Shown one piece after another: positions 10,425 through 20,859 of a stretch of DNA of 64,000 nt. The notes beneath the pieces are model-generated. The model was not told the origin of the DNA and searched no databases. It saw nothing but the letters and a program-made list of their open reading frames with translations. Origin of the DNA: an uncultured Planctomycetaceae bacterium (lineage in GTDB: Bacteria; Planctomycetota; Planctomycetia; Isosphaerales; Isosphaeraceae); assembly GCA_963833985.1 (NCBI GenBank), contig CAWIAD010000002.1, positions 6,304,001-6,368,000 of the forward strand, given 5' to 3'. Both the position numbers and the translations under genes were made by a program. The stretch's first letter is position 1; each line of letters opens with the position of its first letter.

Positions 10425-11779
10425 ATGCGTTTCAAGGGCTGGGCCCACCGCCGTCGGCCTCCGTCGACGGTTCGCCAGCGGATGTTGCCGTTCCAGGAGC
10501 GCACCACCCGCCACCAGAAACTTTTCAAGCGATGGATCCTCATCGCCACCCTGGCCGTGCTGGCCGGGATGATCGGGGCATCGCGCCCGGCGCGTGACCG
10601 ACTGGTGCGCGGTGCCGAGCAGGCGCGTGAGGAGCTGCTGCGGCGGGTCTTCGGACTTCCGCCCGACCGCGCCCGGACCGACGCGCTCTGGCAGCAGCGC
10701 CGGCAGCGCGGCATCGAGGAGACCCGGCAGAGCCTGGCGCGGTTCTACAGCGGCACAACCGAGGAGCTGCGCGAGCTTTTCCGGGTCGCGGGGATGGACC
10801 CGGAGCATGCCCTGATCCGCTATGGTCGGGCCGATCAGGCGTTCGTCATCTCCCCGCAGGTTTTCGAGCCGGACGAGCACGGCCGCTCGTACCATTTCCG
10901 GCCTCGAGTCCGGTCGGTCTGGCTCCGCCAGATCACGATTCGCGACGGCCCCTTCGCGATGTTCCAGGTGCCCGATACCCCGAGGCACCGGCAGGCTGCG
11001 GCCGCGGCCGGTGCAATCGTTGACGAGGGGTCGGCACAGACGACCAATTCCTGGGGCCTGCGCGGGCCCGAGCCCGACCTCTCCGCACCACGCCGGGGCA
11101 TTATCCTGGGCGACTCGTTCATGCAGGGAATGTTCAACGGCGACAACGACACCCCGCCGCTCTGCCTCCAGCGGTTTCTCCAGTCCGCCTGGCACGAACG
11201 CGTCTCGATTCTGAACACCGGGCATATCGGCTACTCGCCGGAACAGTACTACCACAGCCTGCTCGCGTTCGGCGAGCGCTTCCCTCCCTTGTTCGTGGTC
11301 GTGAGCGTCTGCCCCAACGACTTCGGTGACGGTATGGCCGTACTCCGGGCGCGGGCGACTGGTACCAGGAAGCCGAGTACTGGCTCGGCGAGATTGCCCG
11401 CTGGTGCAGTTCGAGAGGCGTGCCTGTACTGGTGGTTGCGGTCCCGACCCATATCCAGGTGGAATCGGTCCGGCGCGACGCTCTCTATCCTGGCCAGGTC
11501 TGCGAGATCGTTCACATGGCCTCGACGCGCTACTGCTATCCGCTTGATGAGTTCATCGACGAGCATCTCAAGCTGGCCGCCGTGCCCAACGCGAAGGGCG
11601 TCCTTGGCGCTGAGAGCAAGCTCTACAATCGGCCCATTCATGACGACCACTTCTCGCCGGCAGGGGCCGAGCTCTGGGCCCGGATCGTCGGTAGGCGGCT
11701 GGTGCGGTTGCTGGCGCTGCGGGAGGCGCAGTCCGCCAGCCAGGCGGCCGGCGCGCTCAGTCCTAACGCGCCGCCTTGA
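10425..11779 (+). CDS. SGNH/GDSL-like hydrolase with N-terminal TM (indel near 11350)
   Basis: TNSWGLRG, ILGDSF, NTGHIGY, CPND; C-terminal DDHFSPAG in ORF 11420-11779. Confidence 0.7.
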
Positions 11780-12785
11780 GCGCCTGCGCGCCGCGGATCA
11801 GCCGATCCCACTGGAAGGCCGGTCCAGGATCCACCTTGTCGGTCTGCACATGGTAATGCCCCAGGATGCCCTGGTAGGCCCTCAGGTCAGCGTCGGGAAG
11901 CTTCGCGCGTAGCAGCTCGCCCTTGCCGTCGCGGGGGTAATCGCAACGAATCTTCGGGAACAGCGTGCAGAGCGTTGCGGTCAGGCGGATGAGGGAATCA
12001 TACTGCCGCTCCGTGAAGTCGTACTGGCGCAGCAGCTGGCCCTGGATCGTACCCACCACCGGCAGTTCGCGCGCGGGCCGCAAGATTGCCGTCCGGTCGC
12101 GCTGGGCCGATCGTTCCGGCCCCTCGGGAAGCATGATCTGCACGAACCCCCCTGCCCCACGCTGGTACCAGCGGTCCAGGGGCCCCGGCGCCGCGGCCGG
12201 ATAGGCCCCGATACTGGCGACCTCGATGCCGATGGAGCGGCCGTTGGCGACCGTCGCGTGCCAGGCCTGCTCCTTGACGTCCAGGGTCTGGTAAATGGTG
12301 CCGTCCAGGTCGAGCATGAAATGCACGCTCAGTCCGCGGATGTCGTGAAGGACCTCAAAGCAGGCCCGGCTCGTTCCCCGCGCATCGTAGTGAACGACGA
12401 ACTGGTCAATCACCCGGGCCAGCGTGGGCAGGTCCCAGCCGCCTCCGCGGACCCGCTCCAGGTCGTTGTCCGAGAGTCCCACCCGGCGCAGGCTGAAGCG
12501 GTTTTCGGGCGGCCGGTGGGCTATCTCGCGGGGGGCCGTAGCCGCCTGGTCCAGGGGTACGAACCGGCGCTCCAGCCGGTACGCGTCGTAGCCGCCTGGG
12601 TCCATCCACAACACGACCGGAGCCGTGGTGTGGTAAAGCTGGCCGCAGACGACGATCTCGTCGCCCTGCCGAATCAGCCGCTGGGCGACGGCCGGCTCCT
12701 CCTCCGCCGCGGTTCGGGGCAAGCCCATCCCCCCGGCCAGGCAAAAGAGGGTCAGGACTCCTGGCCGCAGGCACGGACCTCTCAT
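11763..12785 (-). CDS. N-acetylmuramoyl-L-alanine amidase (Amidase_2) with signal peptide
   Basis: FVVHYD, SVHFMLDLDGTIYQ, AWHA, SIGIEV, ILGH, KVDPGPAFQW. Confidence 0.85.
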   Translation of the reverse strand: MRGPCLRPGVLTLFCLAGGMGLPRTAAEEEPAVAQRLIRQGDEIVVCGQLYHTTAPVVLWMDPGGYDAYRLERRFVPLDQAATAPREIAHRPPENRFSLRRVGLSDNDLERVRGGGWDLPTLARVIDQFVVHYDARGTSRACFEVLHDIRGLSVHFMLDLDGTIYQTLDVKEQAWHATVANGRSIGIEVASIGAYPAAAPGPLDRWYQRGAGGFVQIMLPEGPERSAQRDRTAILRPARELPVVGTIQGQLLRQYDFTERQYDSLIRLTATLCTLFPKIRCDYPRDGKGELLRAKLPDADLRAYQGILGHYHVQTDKVDPGPAFQWDRLIRGAQALKAAR

Positions 12786-13230
12786 CGGCTCGCTCCGATC
12801 CGGTAAGCAACGCGATCGGCCGGGAAACCTCACGATCACCAGCACTGCGGTTGTACCAGACGGCAGCCGTTCCGAGAACCACGGCCCGATCCGCATCGCC
12901 CACGGTTCGATCAGTCATGGCGACGGCCCCAGGGAGAACGAAGCGCAGCCGCGCGGCCGGCCGGGCCCGTCGGGATTCTTGTTGGTTCAGCCGGATGCAT
13001 ATGCGATACTCACGATCCCGATGAATTCCGCCGCCAAGGAGTGGCAAGCACATGATGATGCGCCCGGCTCTGGCGTCCTGCCGGGTATTCCGATGATAAT
13101 CAAGCTTGATCGCAAGACGGCGCCGGGCCCGGGCGAAGCCGCCGACCCAACAGCCTCTGCCTGATTCGCGATGCCTTCGCCAGCGGACGTTTTCGAGAGC
13201 ACAAGATCAGATGGATCCAGGAGGCCGGCC

Positions 13231-13761
13231 ATGGGTTTCTTCAATGCCTTGAAGCGGCTGCTGCCCCACACCTCAGCCCCGGGAGAGCCTGTCAGCGAGG
13301 AGGCGCGGCAACGCATTCGCGCGGCCTGGGGCCTGGACGAAGAGGAGAATGAGGGTGCGGCCCGGGACGAAGCCGCGGCCGCCGGCGACGGTCGCGCGCG
13401 GTCGTCCGAGACGGTGCCGGAAGTCAATGCGTCCCGCTTCGATCGCTCGCTCTGGGAAAAGCGCCTCAGGACCATCCTCGACGGCCTGCCGGGGACCGAG
13501 TCGCAGTGGCAGGCACTCTTGACCGACGCCCACGCCCTCCAGCTTGATCCGGAGTGGATCGCCGACCGCCAGCGCCAGGGATTTGCTTTCCTGGTCCGGA
13601 GGGCCGTGGCCGACAGGGTCATCTCCGAAGCCGATCACCACAAGCTCGACCTGGCGCGCAAGCTCATCGGCCTCTCCGAGGCCGAGGCCGAGGCCGCCGT
13701 GCACGCCATCCTTACCGAAGCCGAGGTCTTCTTCGGTTCCCCGGTCAAGGACGAAGCGTGA
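13231..13761 (+). CDS. Hypothetical protein (C-terminus weakly TerB-like)
   Basis: AGGAGG then ATG; AVADRVISEADHHKLDLARKLIGLS. Confidence 0.6.
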   Translation: MGFFNALKRLLPHTSAPGEPVSEEARQRIRAAWGLDEEENEGAARDEAAAAGDGRARSSETVPEVNASRFDRSLWEKRLRTILDGLPGTESQWQALLTDAHALQLDPEWIADRQRQGFAFLVRRAVADRVISEADHHKLDLARKLIGLSEAEAEAAVHAILTEAEVFFGSPVKDEA

Positions 13762-13867
13762 TCGATCTCGTGCGTCGATCGTGGCAATAACGCCTGCCGC
13801 GTTCCCCGCACTGTCTCGCGACGCGGCAATCAGCGTCCGTCTCCGGCCGGTTCCCAGCGAAAGCGGG

Positions 13868-13896
13868 TTGTCAGGAATAATCTCAAGCTGTATAAT
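13868..13896 (+). promoter_or_regulatory. Sigma70-type promoter of the PadR gene
   Basis: TTGTCA-17 nt-TATAAT. Confidence 0.7.
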
Positions 13897-13926
13897 CGTA
13901 GACGGATATTCATGAGGGACTGTTCG

Positions 13927-14555
13927 ATGGCACGCAAGGAAGGATCATCGAACCCGCTGGCGCTGGCGGTTCTGGTCTTGCTGGGTGAGCGGGCGATGCA
14001 TCCTTACGAGATCGCGGCGACACTCAAGATGAGGTACACGCACGGCAGCATCAAGATCCGCTATGGCTCGCTGTACACGGTGATCGAGAGCCTGGAGCGG
14101 GATGGTCTGGTCGTGGTGAAGGAGATCGTGCGCGAGGGCGCAGGCCCGAGCGCACGGTGTACGAGATCACGCCAGCCGGCCGGGAGCGCATGCAAGGCTG
14201 GCTGCGCGAGCTGATCGAACTGCCCGTCAAGGAATATCCCAGGTTCGAGGCGGCACTGGCGCTTCTGCCTGCCATTCCGCCGGCCGACGCGTGCCTTCTG
14301 CTGGAGGCTCGAGTCCGGCGCCTGGCGGCCATGTCGGAAGAAACCCGGGCCAGGATCGAGGTGGTCTCCAAGCTCGTGGAGCCGCTCTTCCTGGTCGAGA
14401 ATGAGTACCGGCTCTCGATCCTCGAGGCCGAGCGGCAATTCATCGACGAGCTTCTTCGTCGCATCAAGGAAGACCAGGCGTACACGCGAGCCTGGAGAGG
14501 CTTTCATCACGAGGGTCGCACGGAGCCGGAGGACGCGGCGGAAACTGCGTCGTGA
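13927..14555 (+). CDS. PadR-family transcriptional regulator (indel near 14140)
   Basis: MHPYEI...YGSLYTVIESLERDGLV, continuing as YEITPAGRE in ORF 14157-14555. Confidence 0.85.
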
Positions 14556-14704
14556 TCCTGCCCCGGCGCTCCTCTCGGACGCCGCCGATCATGGATCGGC
14601 ACCGGCGGCCGCGGCGTTCTGTTCCAGATCCACCTGCGCACCGCGGCGACCTTCGCCGCTGACTCGATCGGCTCAACTTCCGAGCCAACAAGGAGCAGCT
14701 TTCC

Positions 14705-15085
14705 ATGCGCTTGAATCACCTGAATCTCGCGATCCCCGACGTGCCACGCACCCGCCAGTTCTTCGAAAAATACTTCGGGTTCCGCTGCCTGGGCGAGCCC
14801 GACCCCGAGAGCATCTCGGTGCTCGTCGACGAAACCGGGTTCGTGCTCACGCTGAGCAATTTCGGCAAGGTCAGCGAGGTCGCCTACCCCGGGGGGTTCC
14901 ACGTCGGCTTCAATCAGCCGAGCCGCGACCAGGTCGACGCGATGCACGAGCGGCTGAAAGCCGACGGGTTCGAGGTTGGACCGGCGAAGATGTTTCATGG
15001 AGCCTGGACCTTCTACTTCCAGGCGCCCGGCGGGGTCGTCGTGGAGGTCTTTCATCAGCCGCTGCCGGCGCCCGTGAGCCCATAG
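14705..15085 (+). CDS. VOC/glyoxalase family protein
   Basis: LNHLNLAIPDV, FHVGF, FYFQAPGGVVVEV. Confidence 0.85.
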   Translation: MRLNHLNLAIPDVPRTRQFFEKYFGFRCLGEPDPESISVLVDETGFVLTLSNFGKVSEVAYPGGFHVGFNQPSRDQVDAMHERLKADGFEVGPAKMFHGAWTFYFQAPGGVVVEVFHQPLPAPVSP

Positions 15086-15157
15086 TCATGGTTGTGGGCG
15101 CGCCGCGGATGCCATCCCCGGGGAGCGCCACGAACTGTCCGGACCTGTGAGCCGGCG

Positions 15158-15538
15158 CTACTGGAGCACGTCGGGGAGGGCCTGCGGCTTGCCCTCTCGG
15201 TCCACGCAGGCCAGTGTGGAGTGGCCTTCGGCCAGCAGTACGTGGTCGCGAAACAGTTGATAGGCGTGAACAATCTTCACGCGGGTGATCCTGGAGACGC
15301 TTGTCCGCAGCCGCAGCAAGTCGTCATAGTACGCCGGGCGTTTGAACTTGCAGCCAATGTCGACGATCACCAGGTAGTGCCCGGCGTCCTCGATCTCGCG
15401 ATACGTCAGCCCGCGCTGGCGGAGCAGCTCGGTGCGTCCCATCTCGAAGTAGACGAAGTAGTTCGCATGGTGTACCAGGCCCATGCGATCGGTCTCGGCA
15501 TACCGCACGCGAATCTCCAGGTCGTGCGCATCGGTCAT
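15158..15538 (-). CDS. Acyl-CoA thioesterase (YbgC/4HBT family)
   Basis: RVRYAETDRMGLVHHANYFVYFEMGR. Confidence 0.9.
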   Translation of the reverse strand: MTDAHDLEIRVRYAETDRMGLVHHANYFVYFEMGRTELLRQRGLTYREIEDAGHYLVIVDIGCKFKRPAYYDDLLRLRTSVSRITRVKIVHAYQLFRDHVLLAEGHSTLACVDREGKPQALPDVLQ

Positions 15539-15577
15539 GGCGGGTGTACCTCGTATTTTCAACCGCTGTGGGTCGCG

Positions 15578-16330
15578 CTAGCGGCGAACCGTGGTCCTTG
15601 GGCTCATCGCGTCTTCCGGCAGTACTGAGTTCCCGGGGGATGGCTGCGCGGGCCGTGTGACGGTGAGCAAGGGGTCCGGATCATAGGGCCACTGCTCGCG
15701 GCTCGGCGCCGGCGGCGCGTAGCCATCGGCAACCCAGCGACGGAAGACTGCGGGGTTGTGCTCGAGCCGTTTCCGGCGGAGCCATCCCTCATACCGGTCA
15801 AGAAACTCGGCCATGATCTTGCCGTCTCCCAGTCGAACGTACAAGAAGCGCAAGGAGAGCTGGCGGCGCGCACCTTCCAGGGTGGTGCCGGGACGCAAGA
15901 GTTCCACCACGGCCGCGGTGAGCCCGGTGCGCTCGGAGCCCCAGGCGCAGTGCATCAGCACCGGGTAGTCGCACGTATCGAGAACCTTCACGAGCGTTCT
16001 GAGCTGAATTCGAGACATCCACACGCAGGACGACAATGCGACATCGATCTGCGTGGCTCCCGCGGCCAGCGTGGCCTCGAGCTCATCGCGATACCAGGAC
16101 TCCTTCAGGTTCGGCCCGCGCAGGTTCAGCACAGTCCTGATGCCGTGCTCATGAAGGGTGCGCCGCAGTACGCGGGCCGGCATCTGGCCGGCACGGTAGA
16201 TCCGTCCCTGTTCCACGACCGCGAAGTTGGACGTCGCCTGGGTCCAGGCGATCCACCCGAGCGGAAACGCCAGAGTCAGCGCCAGCAGACTCGCGTACCA
16301 CCGGCTCCTTCGCCTGCGGTCCAGCTTCAT
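15578..16330 (-). CDS. Membrane-anchored tyrosine/dual-specificity phosphatase-like protein
   Basis: N-terminal TM, IYRAGQ, IRTVLNLRG, CX5R motif HCAWGSERTG. Confidence 0.8.
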   Translation of the reverse strand: MKLDRRRRSRWYASLLALTLAFPLGWIAWTQATSNFAVVEQGRIYRAGQMPARVLRRTLHEHGIRTVLNLRGPNLKESWYRDELEATLAAGATQIDVALSSCVWMSRIQLRTLVKVLDTCDYPVLMHCAWGSERTGLTAAVVELLRPGTTLEGARRQLSLRFLYVRLGDGKIMAEFLDRYEGWLRRKRLEHNPAVFRRWVADGYAPPAPSREQWPYDPDPLLTVTRPAQPSPGNSVLPEDAMSPRTTVRR

Positions 16331-16934
16331 GGCCTATCTCCCAGACCCCCTGGTCCCGAGCCGGCGCCAGGGAACGTTGAACCCTGGCGAACTCTTCGAT
16401 CAAGAACCGATCGTTGCGGTCGACAACCGCATCCGGGCGGGCCCACTGGAGGCACGAAACCGCCTGCCAGGCCTGCTCCGCGGTGTATCCTTGATGACGG
16501 ATGAGGTACGCGGCGTGGGCCAGGCTGGTGCGGTGATGTCCCGCGACACAGTGAAAAAAGACCGGCTGGCATGCAGGGTCGGCCAGCAGGTCGGCGGCAA
16601 GTGCCATCTGCTCAAGGGTGGCCCGGGAACCGCGCATCGGGATGACCACCCAGCGCACGCCGGTTTCCTTCACGACCTGGGCCTGGTCGACGAATTTGGG
16701 ATCAGCCGCATTGATCGCCGTCAGTGTCACAATGGTCTTGATGGCCTCACGGCTGATGATCCGGCGAAGCGGTTGCGGCCGTTGCCAGGCGCCGCGGACG
16801 AGCTGTCCCGGCACCACCACATGCACCCGCTTTTCGAACCAATCATCCCGGCGCAAGACCAGCAAGAGCAGCAGTCCCAGGACCAATGCCGCTACCAGCC
16901 CCAAGCTCGTCATGGCCCCGAACCGACGCTTCAC
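16149..16934 (-). CDS. Second membrane-anchored tyrosine phosphatase-like protein (3' end uncertain)
   Basis: N-terminal TM, IKTIVTL, CX5R motif HCVAGHHRTS; GTG start after AGGAAAGG. Confidence 0.75.
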   Translation of the reverse strand: MKRRFGAMTSLGLVAALVLGLLLLLVLRRDDWFEKRVHVVVPGQLVRGAWQRPQPLRRIISREAIKTIVTLTAINAADPKFVDQAQVVKETGVRWVVIPMRGSRATLEQMALAADLLADPACQPVFFHCVAGHHRTSLAHAAYLIRHQGYTAEQAWQAVSCLQWARPDAVVDRNDRFLIEEFARVQRSLAPARDQGVWEIGHEAGPQAKEPVVRESAGADSGVSARVDRLDPGDVQLRGRGTGTDLPCRPDAGPRTAAHPS

Positions 16935-17191
16935 CCGGCCTACCTTTCCTTGCGAACGCGGATTCTCGCGTGCGCGGGACGTGGTGCGGGTGTGCGCCCC
17001 GCCCGCCCCGACGACTGGGCCGGATTGTAGCGGCGCTGCAAGTTCCGGCAAGTCCAACACGCGAGCAGAGCCCGAAGCGCCCGAAGCCGAAGCCCGAAGC
17101 GAACGAATCCGGTGGCGTGGGCGGGCTTGACGGAATGGACCTTGAGTCGTAGTTTCCGCCGGGACGGTCCTGCAAGGGCTCGCGTGTCGGG

Positions 17192-17750
17192 ATGCGCGGC
17201 GGACCCGCCCAGGGAGGTGGCCTCTTGCGGTCGGCAACAGCGGTCGCGGCATGCATCGTGATCCTCAGCGTCTGCGGGTGCGCCACCGTCACGCCCGAGG
17301 CGAAGCTCGCACCTGTGCTCGCGGCCATGTCGTACCGCGGAGCGCACGGCTCGGAGAGTTTCGGGGAGCCCCGGGCCCTGGTGCTGGCGGCCCTGCACGA
17401 TTCAATGAATGATCTGAACCTCGCGAGTATCCGCGGGATGCGTGACGGCACGGTTTCCCGCCTCGAGGCCACCACGGCCACGAAGGAACGGGTGATCGCC
17501 ACGATCCGTTCGCACAAGAATGTCACCCAGGTTTCGATCCGGGTCGGTTTCTTTGGTGACGAGCCGCTGACCCGAGCCATCTTCGAGCGCGTCGAGATGC
17601 GCCTGGGCAGCCGAGCGCCGGAAGGCATCCCCGCCAATCCGCCCTCCGCACCGGCGCAATCCCTATTTCGCCAGGGACGCCATCCCGGACTCCGTGATGC
17701 TCCGCGACTTCGCGGATGCGCCCTATCATGATCGTGTCATCCCGTGGTGA
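17192..17750 (+). CDS. Lipoprotein, DUF3568-like (indel near 17655)
   Basis: Lipobox SVCGC; TQVSIRVGFFGDEPLTRAIF; C-terminus continues in another frame to TGA at 17750. Confidence 0.6.
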
Positions 17751-17847
17751 GCGAATCGGCCGGATGGAAGCCGGGCGCGTGGGAGTTCTCCGGTGCCGCC
17801 GGTCTCCAGCAGCCTCATTCGACGCACCCACGGCGCACGGCCATGTT

Positions 17848-18087
17848 CCAATACCGTTGAAATAGCGCGAACGAAAAGGGGGGCAAGAGGTTTGCGACAG
17901 ACTTGCTCCCACCCTTTGCGTGGGAACACGGTTGGGACGCTCTCGATCCCTTGGATTTCCCAACCTCAGCACGGGTCCAATCGACGCGGAGCGTCGTAGA
18001 CGGCATTCCCACGCGGAGCGTGGGAACGAGGGGCAAACCTATGCCTGCACTCAACTTATCGCTATTTCAATATTTCAACGGTATTGG
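17848..18087. mobile_element. MITE-like element with 17-bp terminal inverted repeats enclosing a REP-like doublet
   Basis: CCAATACCGTTGAAATA (17848-17864) / TATTTCAACGGTATTGG (18071-18087); internal palindromic units at 17902-17949 and 17983-18030. Confidence 0.55.
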
Positions 18088-18886
18088 GCTATGTAGGGAA
18101 CATGAGCGAACGCGAAGCGCAAGGAAATAGGGGCCGAAGCCCCTTTCGTTGGACACGTCTTTTTTTGGCCAGCGCCGGCTCGTGTCAGTCCCAGCATCCA
18201 TGCAGAACCAGAGCACGAACGGTGCGGCCAAGCAGGAACGGCACGGAACCGCTTGGACCGTGAGCGCCCCTCATCGGCAAGGTTGAACCCGACGCGCGCA
18301 TCCGTGCCGCCAGGAATCAGCACCTTTTTTTTCGGTAAAATCCGGCCTGCCAAGAACTGGCAAGCCAGTGAAAACGCAAGGAAGGTGAAATGGCTATAAG
18401 ACGATTTCTTGATGACGATGACGACGGCATGAAACAGTCTGAACCATTTCACGCCGTCCCGATGACGTCGGATAAATTACGACGGTTTTCGTTTCGAGTC
18501 AACCCTCTCCTGAGAAATTTTCAATGAAATATTCCGGGCATGCCTTGCTTCGCGGGGCCCGACCCATACGTCGGCGATCGATAGGTCCATGGTCCGCGGT
18601 CCTGACCGTCGACCGTCCGAGCCCGTGTGTCGACCGTGGTTTGGCCCACGACGAAGATGGACCGTTGCGTTGCCGCCACGCAGGTGAGACACTCGAAGAA
18701 GACGTCATGCCCGGAAAGGCCGGGTCGTTTCGGCTGGTCACTCAACGTATTATGGCCTAACTAGACGATAGCGTCGCATGCACGGGCCAGGAGGATGATG
18801 GACCGGGTCGGCAATCAATCCGCCGGGTTTCGCATCGCATATCCTTCGAGGAACTGCGGTCGGGAAGGCCGTCCGGGAGAGCTGGG

Positions 18887-19894
18887 ATGAGCATTCGCGT
18901 TGGCTTCGACCACTACACGATCGCCCACCGCGGCCTGACGCCCGAGCAGATTCTGGAGTTCGCTCGAACGCACGGCATGGACGGCGTGCAGTTCCTCGAG
19001 CCCGCCATGATCGACGCCGGCCTGGGCGCCGAGCGGCTTGCGGCGTTCCGTCGCCGCGCGGACTCAATGGGGCTCTACCTGGAGATCGGGCTCCCCTCTC
19101 CCAACCCTGTCCGCAAGTCACGCGAGCTGGGCCGGACGGTCCCGGTCGAGGAGATGGCCCGCTCACTCGAGCCGCAGCTCACGGCCGTCAAGTCGCTCGG
19201 CTGCCGGCACGCGCGTGTGTACGTGGGTGATCGGCACGATCGTTTTCGCTCCGACGTCGCCTGGCCGGTCCAGGTTGATGCGACCCGGGACGTTCTGGCC
19301 CTGCTCACCCCCCACCTCCTGGAGCTGGAACTGAAGCTGGCGATCGAAACCCACGCGGATTTCACGGCGTCTGAGTTGCTGGAGCTGCTGGAGCGGCTCG
19401 ATTCACGGGCCTTCGGCGTGACCCTGGACACGGGCAACCTGGTGATGCGGCTCGACGACCCAGTTGCCGCGGTCGCCCAGCTTGCCCCCTGGGTCCTTTG
19501 CACGCACATCAAGGACGCCATCCTCGCGTTCACGCCCCGGGGGATCTGCTGGCAGGCCCGGCCCGTTGGCTCGGGAATCCTGCCGATGACGGACATGCTC
19601 GCGCTCCTGATTCAGTCGCGCCCCGAGCTACCCTTGACCATCGAGCTGCACCCCAGGACCTACGACCTGCCGATCTTTGAAAAGAAATGGCTCGACCATT
19701 TCCCCGGCCTCACCTCGCAGGCCCTCGCCGCCGTGGTGCGGCTTGCGGTCCTCTGCGAGGGGCGCTACGCCGAGGGCACGCTGCTTCGCCCCGAATCGGT
19801 AGAGACCATTCCCTGGGCGAACCGCGACCATGACTGGCTGGCCAGCTCGCTGGGGTACCTGCGATCGGTCGTGCCCACACTGGCGAATCTTTAG
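18887..19894 (+). CDS. Sugar phosphate isomerase/epimerase (xylose isomerase-like TIM barrel)
   Basis: LAIETHAD, LDTGN, THIKD, TIE metal-binding motifs. Confidence 0.85.
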   Translation: MSIRVGFDHYTIAHRGLTPEQILEFARTHGMDGVQFLEPAMIDAGLGAERLAAFRRRADSMGLYLEIGLPSPNPVRKSRELGRTVPVEEMARSLEPQLTAVKSLGCRHARVYVGDRHDRFRSDVAWPVQVDATRDVLALLTPHLLELELKLAIETHADFTASELLELLERLDSRAFGVTLDTGNLVMRLDDPVAAVAQLAPWVLCTHIKDAILAFTPRGICWQARPVGSGILPMTDMLALLIQSRPELPLTIELHPRTYDLPIFEKKWLDHFPGLTSQALAAVVRLAVLCEGRYAEGTLLRPESVETIPWANRDHDWLASSLGYLRSVVPTLANL

Positions 19895-20625
19895 GACTCC
19901 GGGCCCTCGAGCCACGACAGCTCGAGATGCACCGGACGGAGCTCCGCCACCAGCGCGGGGTATTCCCGCTCCAGCCGGGCGAATCGGTCCTTCACCACGC
20001 GGTAGGCCTCCAGCCGGCGCACCAGGAACAGTGCGGCGAAGACGAGTGCAAGCAGCGGCGCCAGAAAGCGCGGCAAGGGGACGTGGACGGTCGTGAAGAA
20101 GATCACGACCAGTCCGATCCAGGCCGCGACCGCAAGGGGAATGAGTACGGTCATGCTGTTCCAGAGCCAGTATTCCCACGGGGCCGCCTGGCCTTGGAAG
20201 CGCTGCAAGACGAAGTTCCTGGGATATGACGTGCGAAAGACGGTGAGCCGGTAGGTCCCGGGAGGGATGCTGAGCGTGGCGCCCATGTGCGGGTGGCTGC
20301 GCAGCAGGCTGTCGTCGTCCCGATAAGCGTATTCCGAGCCCGCGAACACGAGCCGCCCGGTGGGAACGAGAAATGGTTCGATGGTTGCCGGCTCCAGCGC
20401 GTACCGCTCCAGTTCCCTCGGCACCGGCTCGCCCAGGTAAAGGTGCAGCAGGTATCGGCCGTCGCCATCCGTTTCAATCCAGCAGGCCCTGCCCTGCCGG
20501 TCGAGCCCGTCCAGAAGGTCCACCGTGAGGGCCTGGAACGAGCGCTCGAAATCGGCGGGCAGCGCACCGGGATCGAAGAGCAGCAGCGAGGCCACGTCCG
20601 TTCCCGCTTCCAGGACATGCCGCAT
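19891..20625 (-). CDS. Hypothetical membrane protein (two C-terminal TMs)
   Basis: 3' part of ORF 19891-22158 (MRHVLEAGTDVASLLLFDP...); protein-like composition and hydrophobic hairpin. Confidence 0.6.
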   Translation of the reverse strand: MRHVLEAGTDVASLLLFDPGALPADFERSFQALTVDLLDGLDRQGRACWIETDGDGRYLLHLYLGEPVPRELERYALEPATIEPFLVPTGRLVFAGSEYAYRDDDSLLRSHPHMGATLSIPPGTYRLTVFRTSYPRNFVLQRFQGQAAPWEYWLWNSMTVLIPLAVAAWIGLVVIFFTTVHVPLPRFLAPLLALVFAALFLVRRLEAYRVVKDRFARLEREYPALVAELRPVHLELSWLEGPES

Positions 20626-20859
20626 GATCATGGTCCTCAGGCTCACCACTGCCGTGGCCATCGCCACTGCATTGCCCGCGGGAGGCAGCCCTATGATACA
20701 CACGAGAATCGCTCTTCCGACGGTGCCGTGACCGCGAGAGCGGTGGCGGGGTCCAGCCTGCTGGCCAAGCAGGATCCTGAGCGGTAAGATCAGGCCCGGT
20801 ACAGGGTCGGTCCGCGTGGTGGACCTGTGCCCAGGCCTCGAGATCCGGGCATCCGTGGA

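Noticed and set aside
18521..18760. Small overlapping ORFs (74 aa with CLTC; 78 aa on the opposite strand)
   Set aside because: No clear SD, motif or codon signal to favour either
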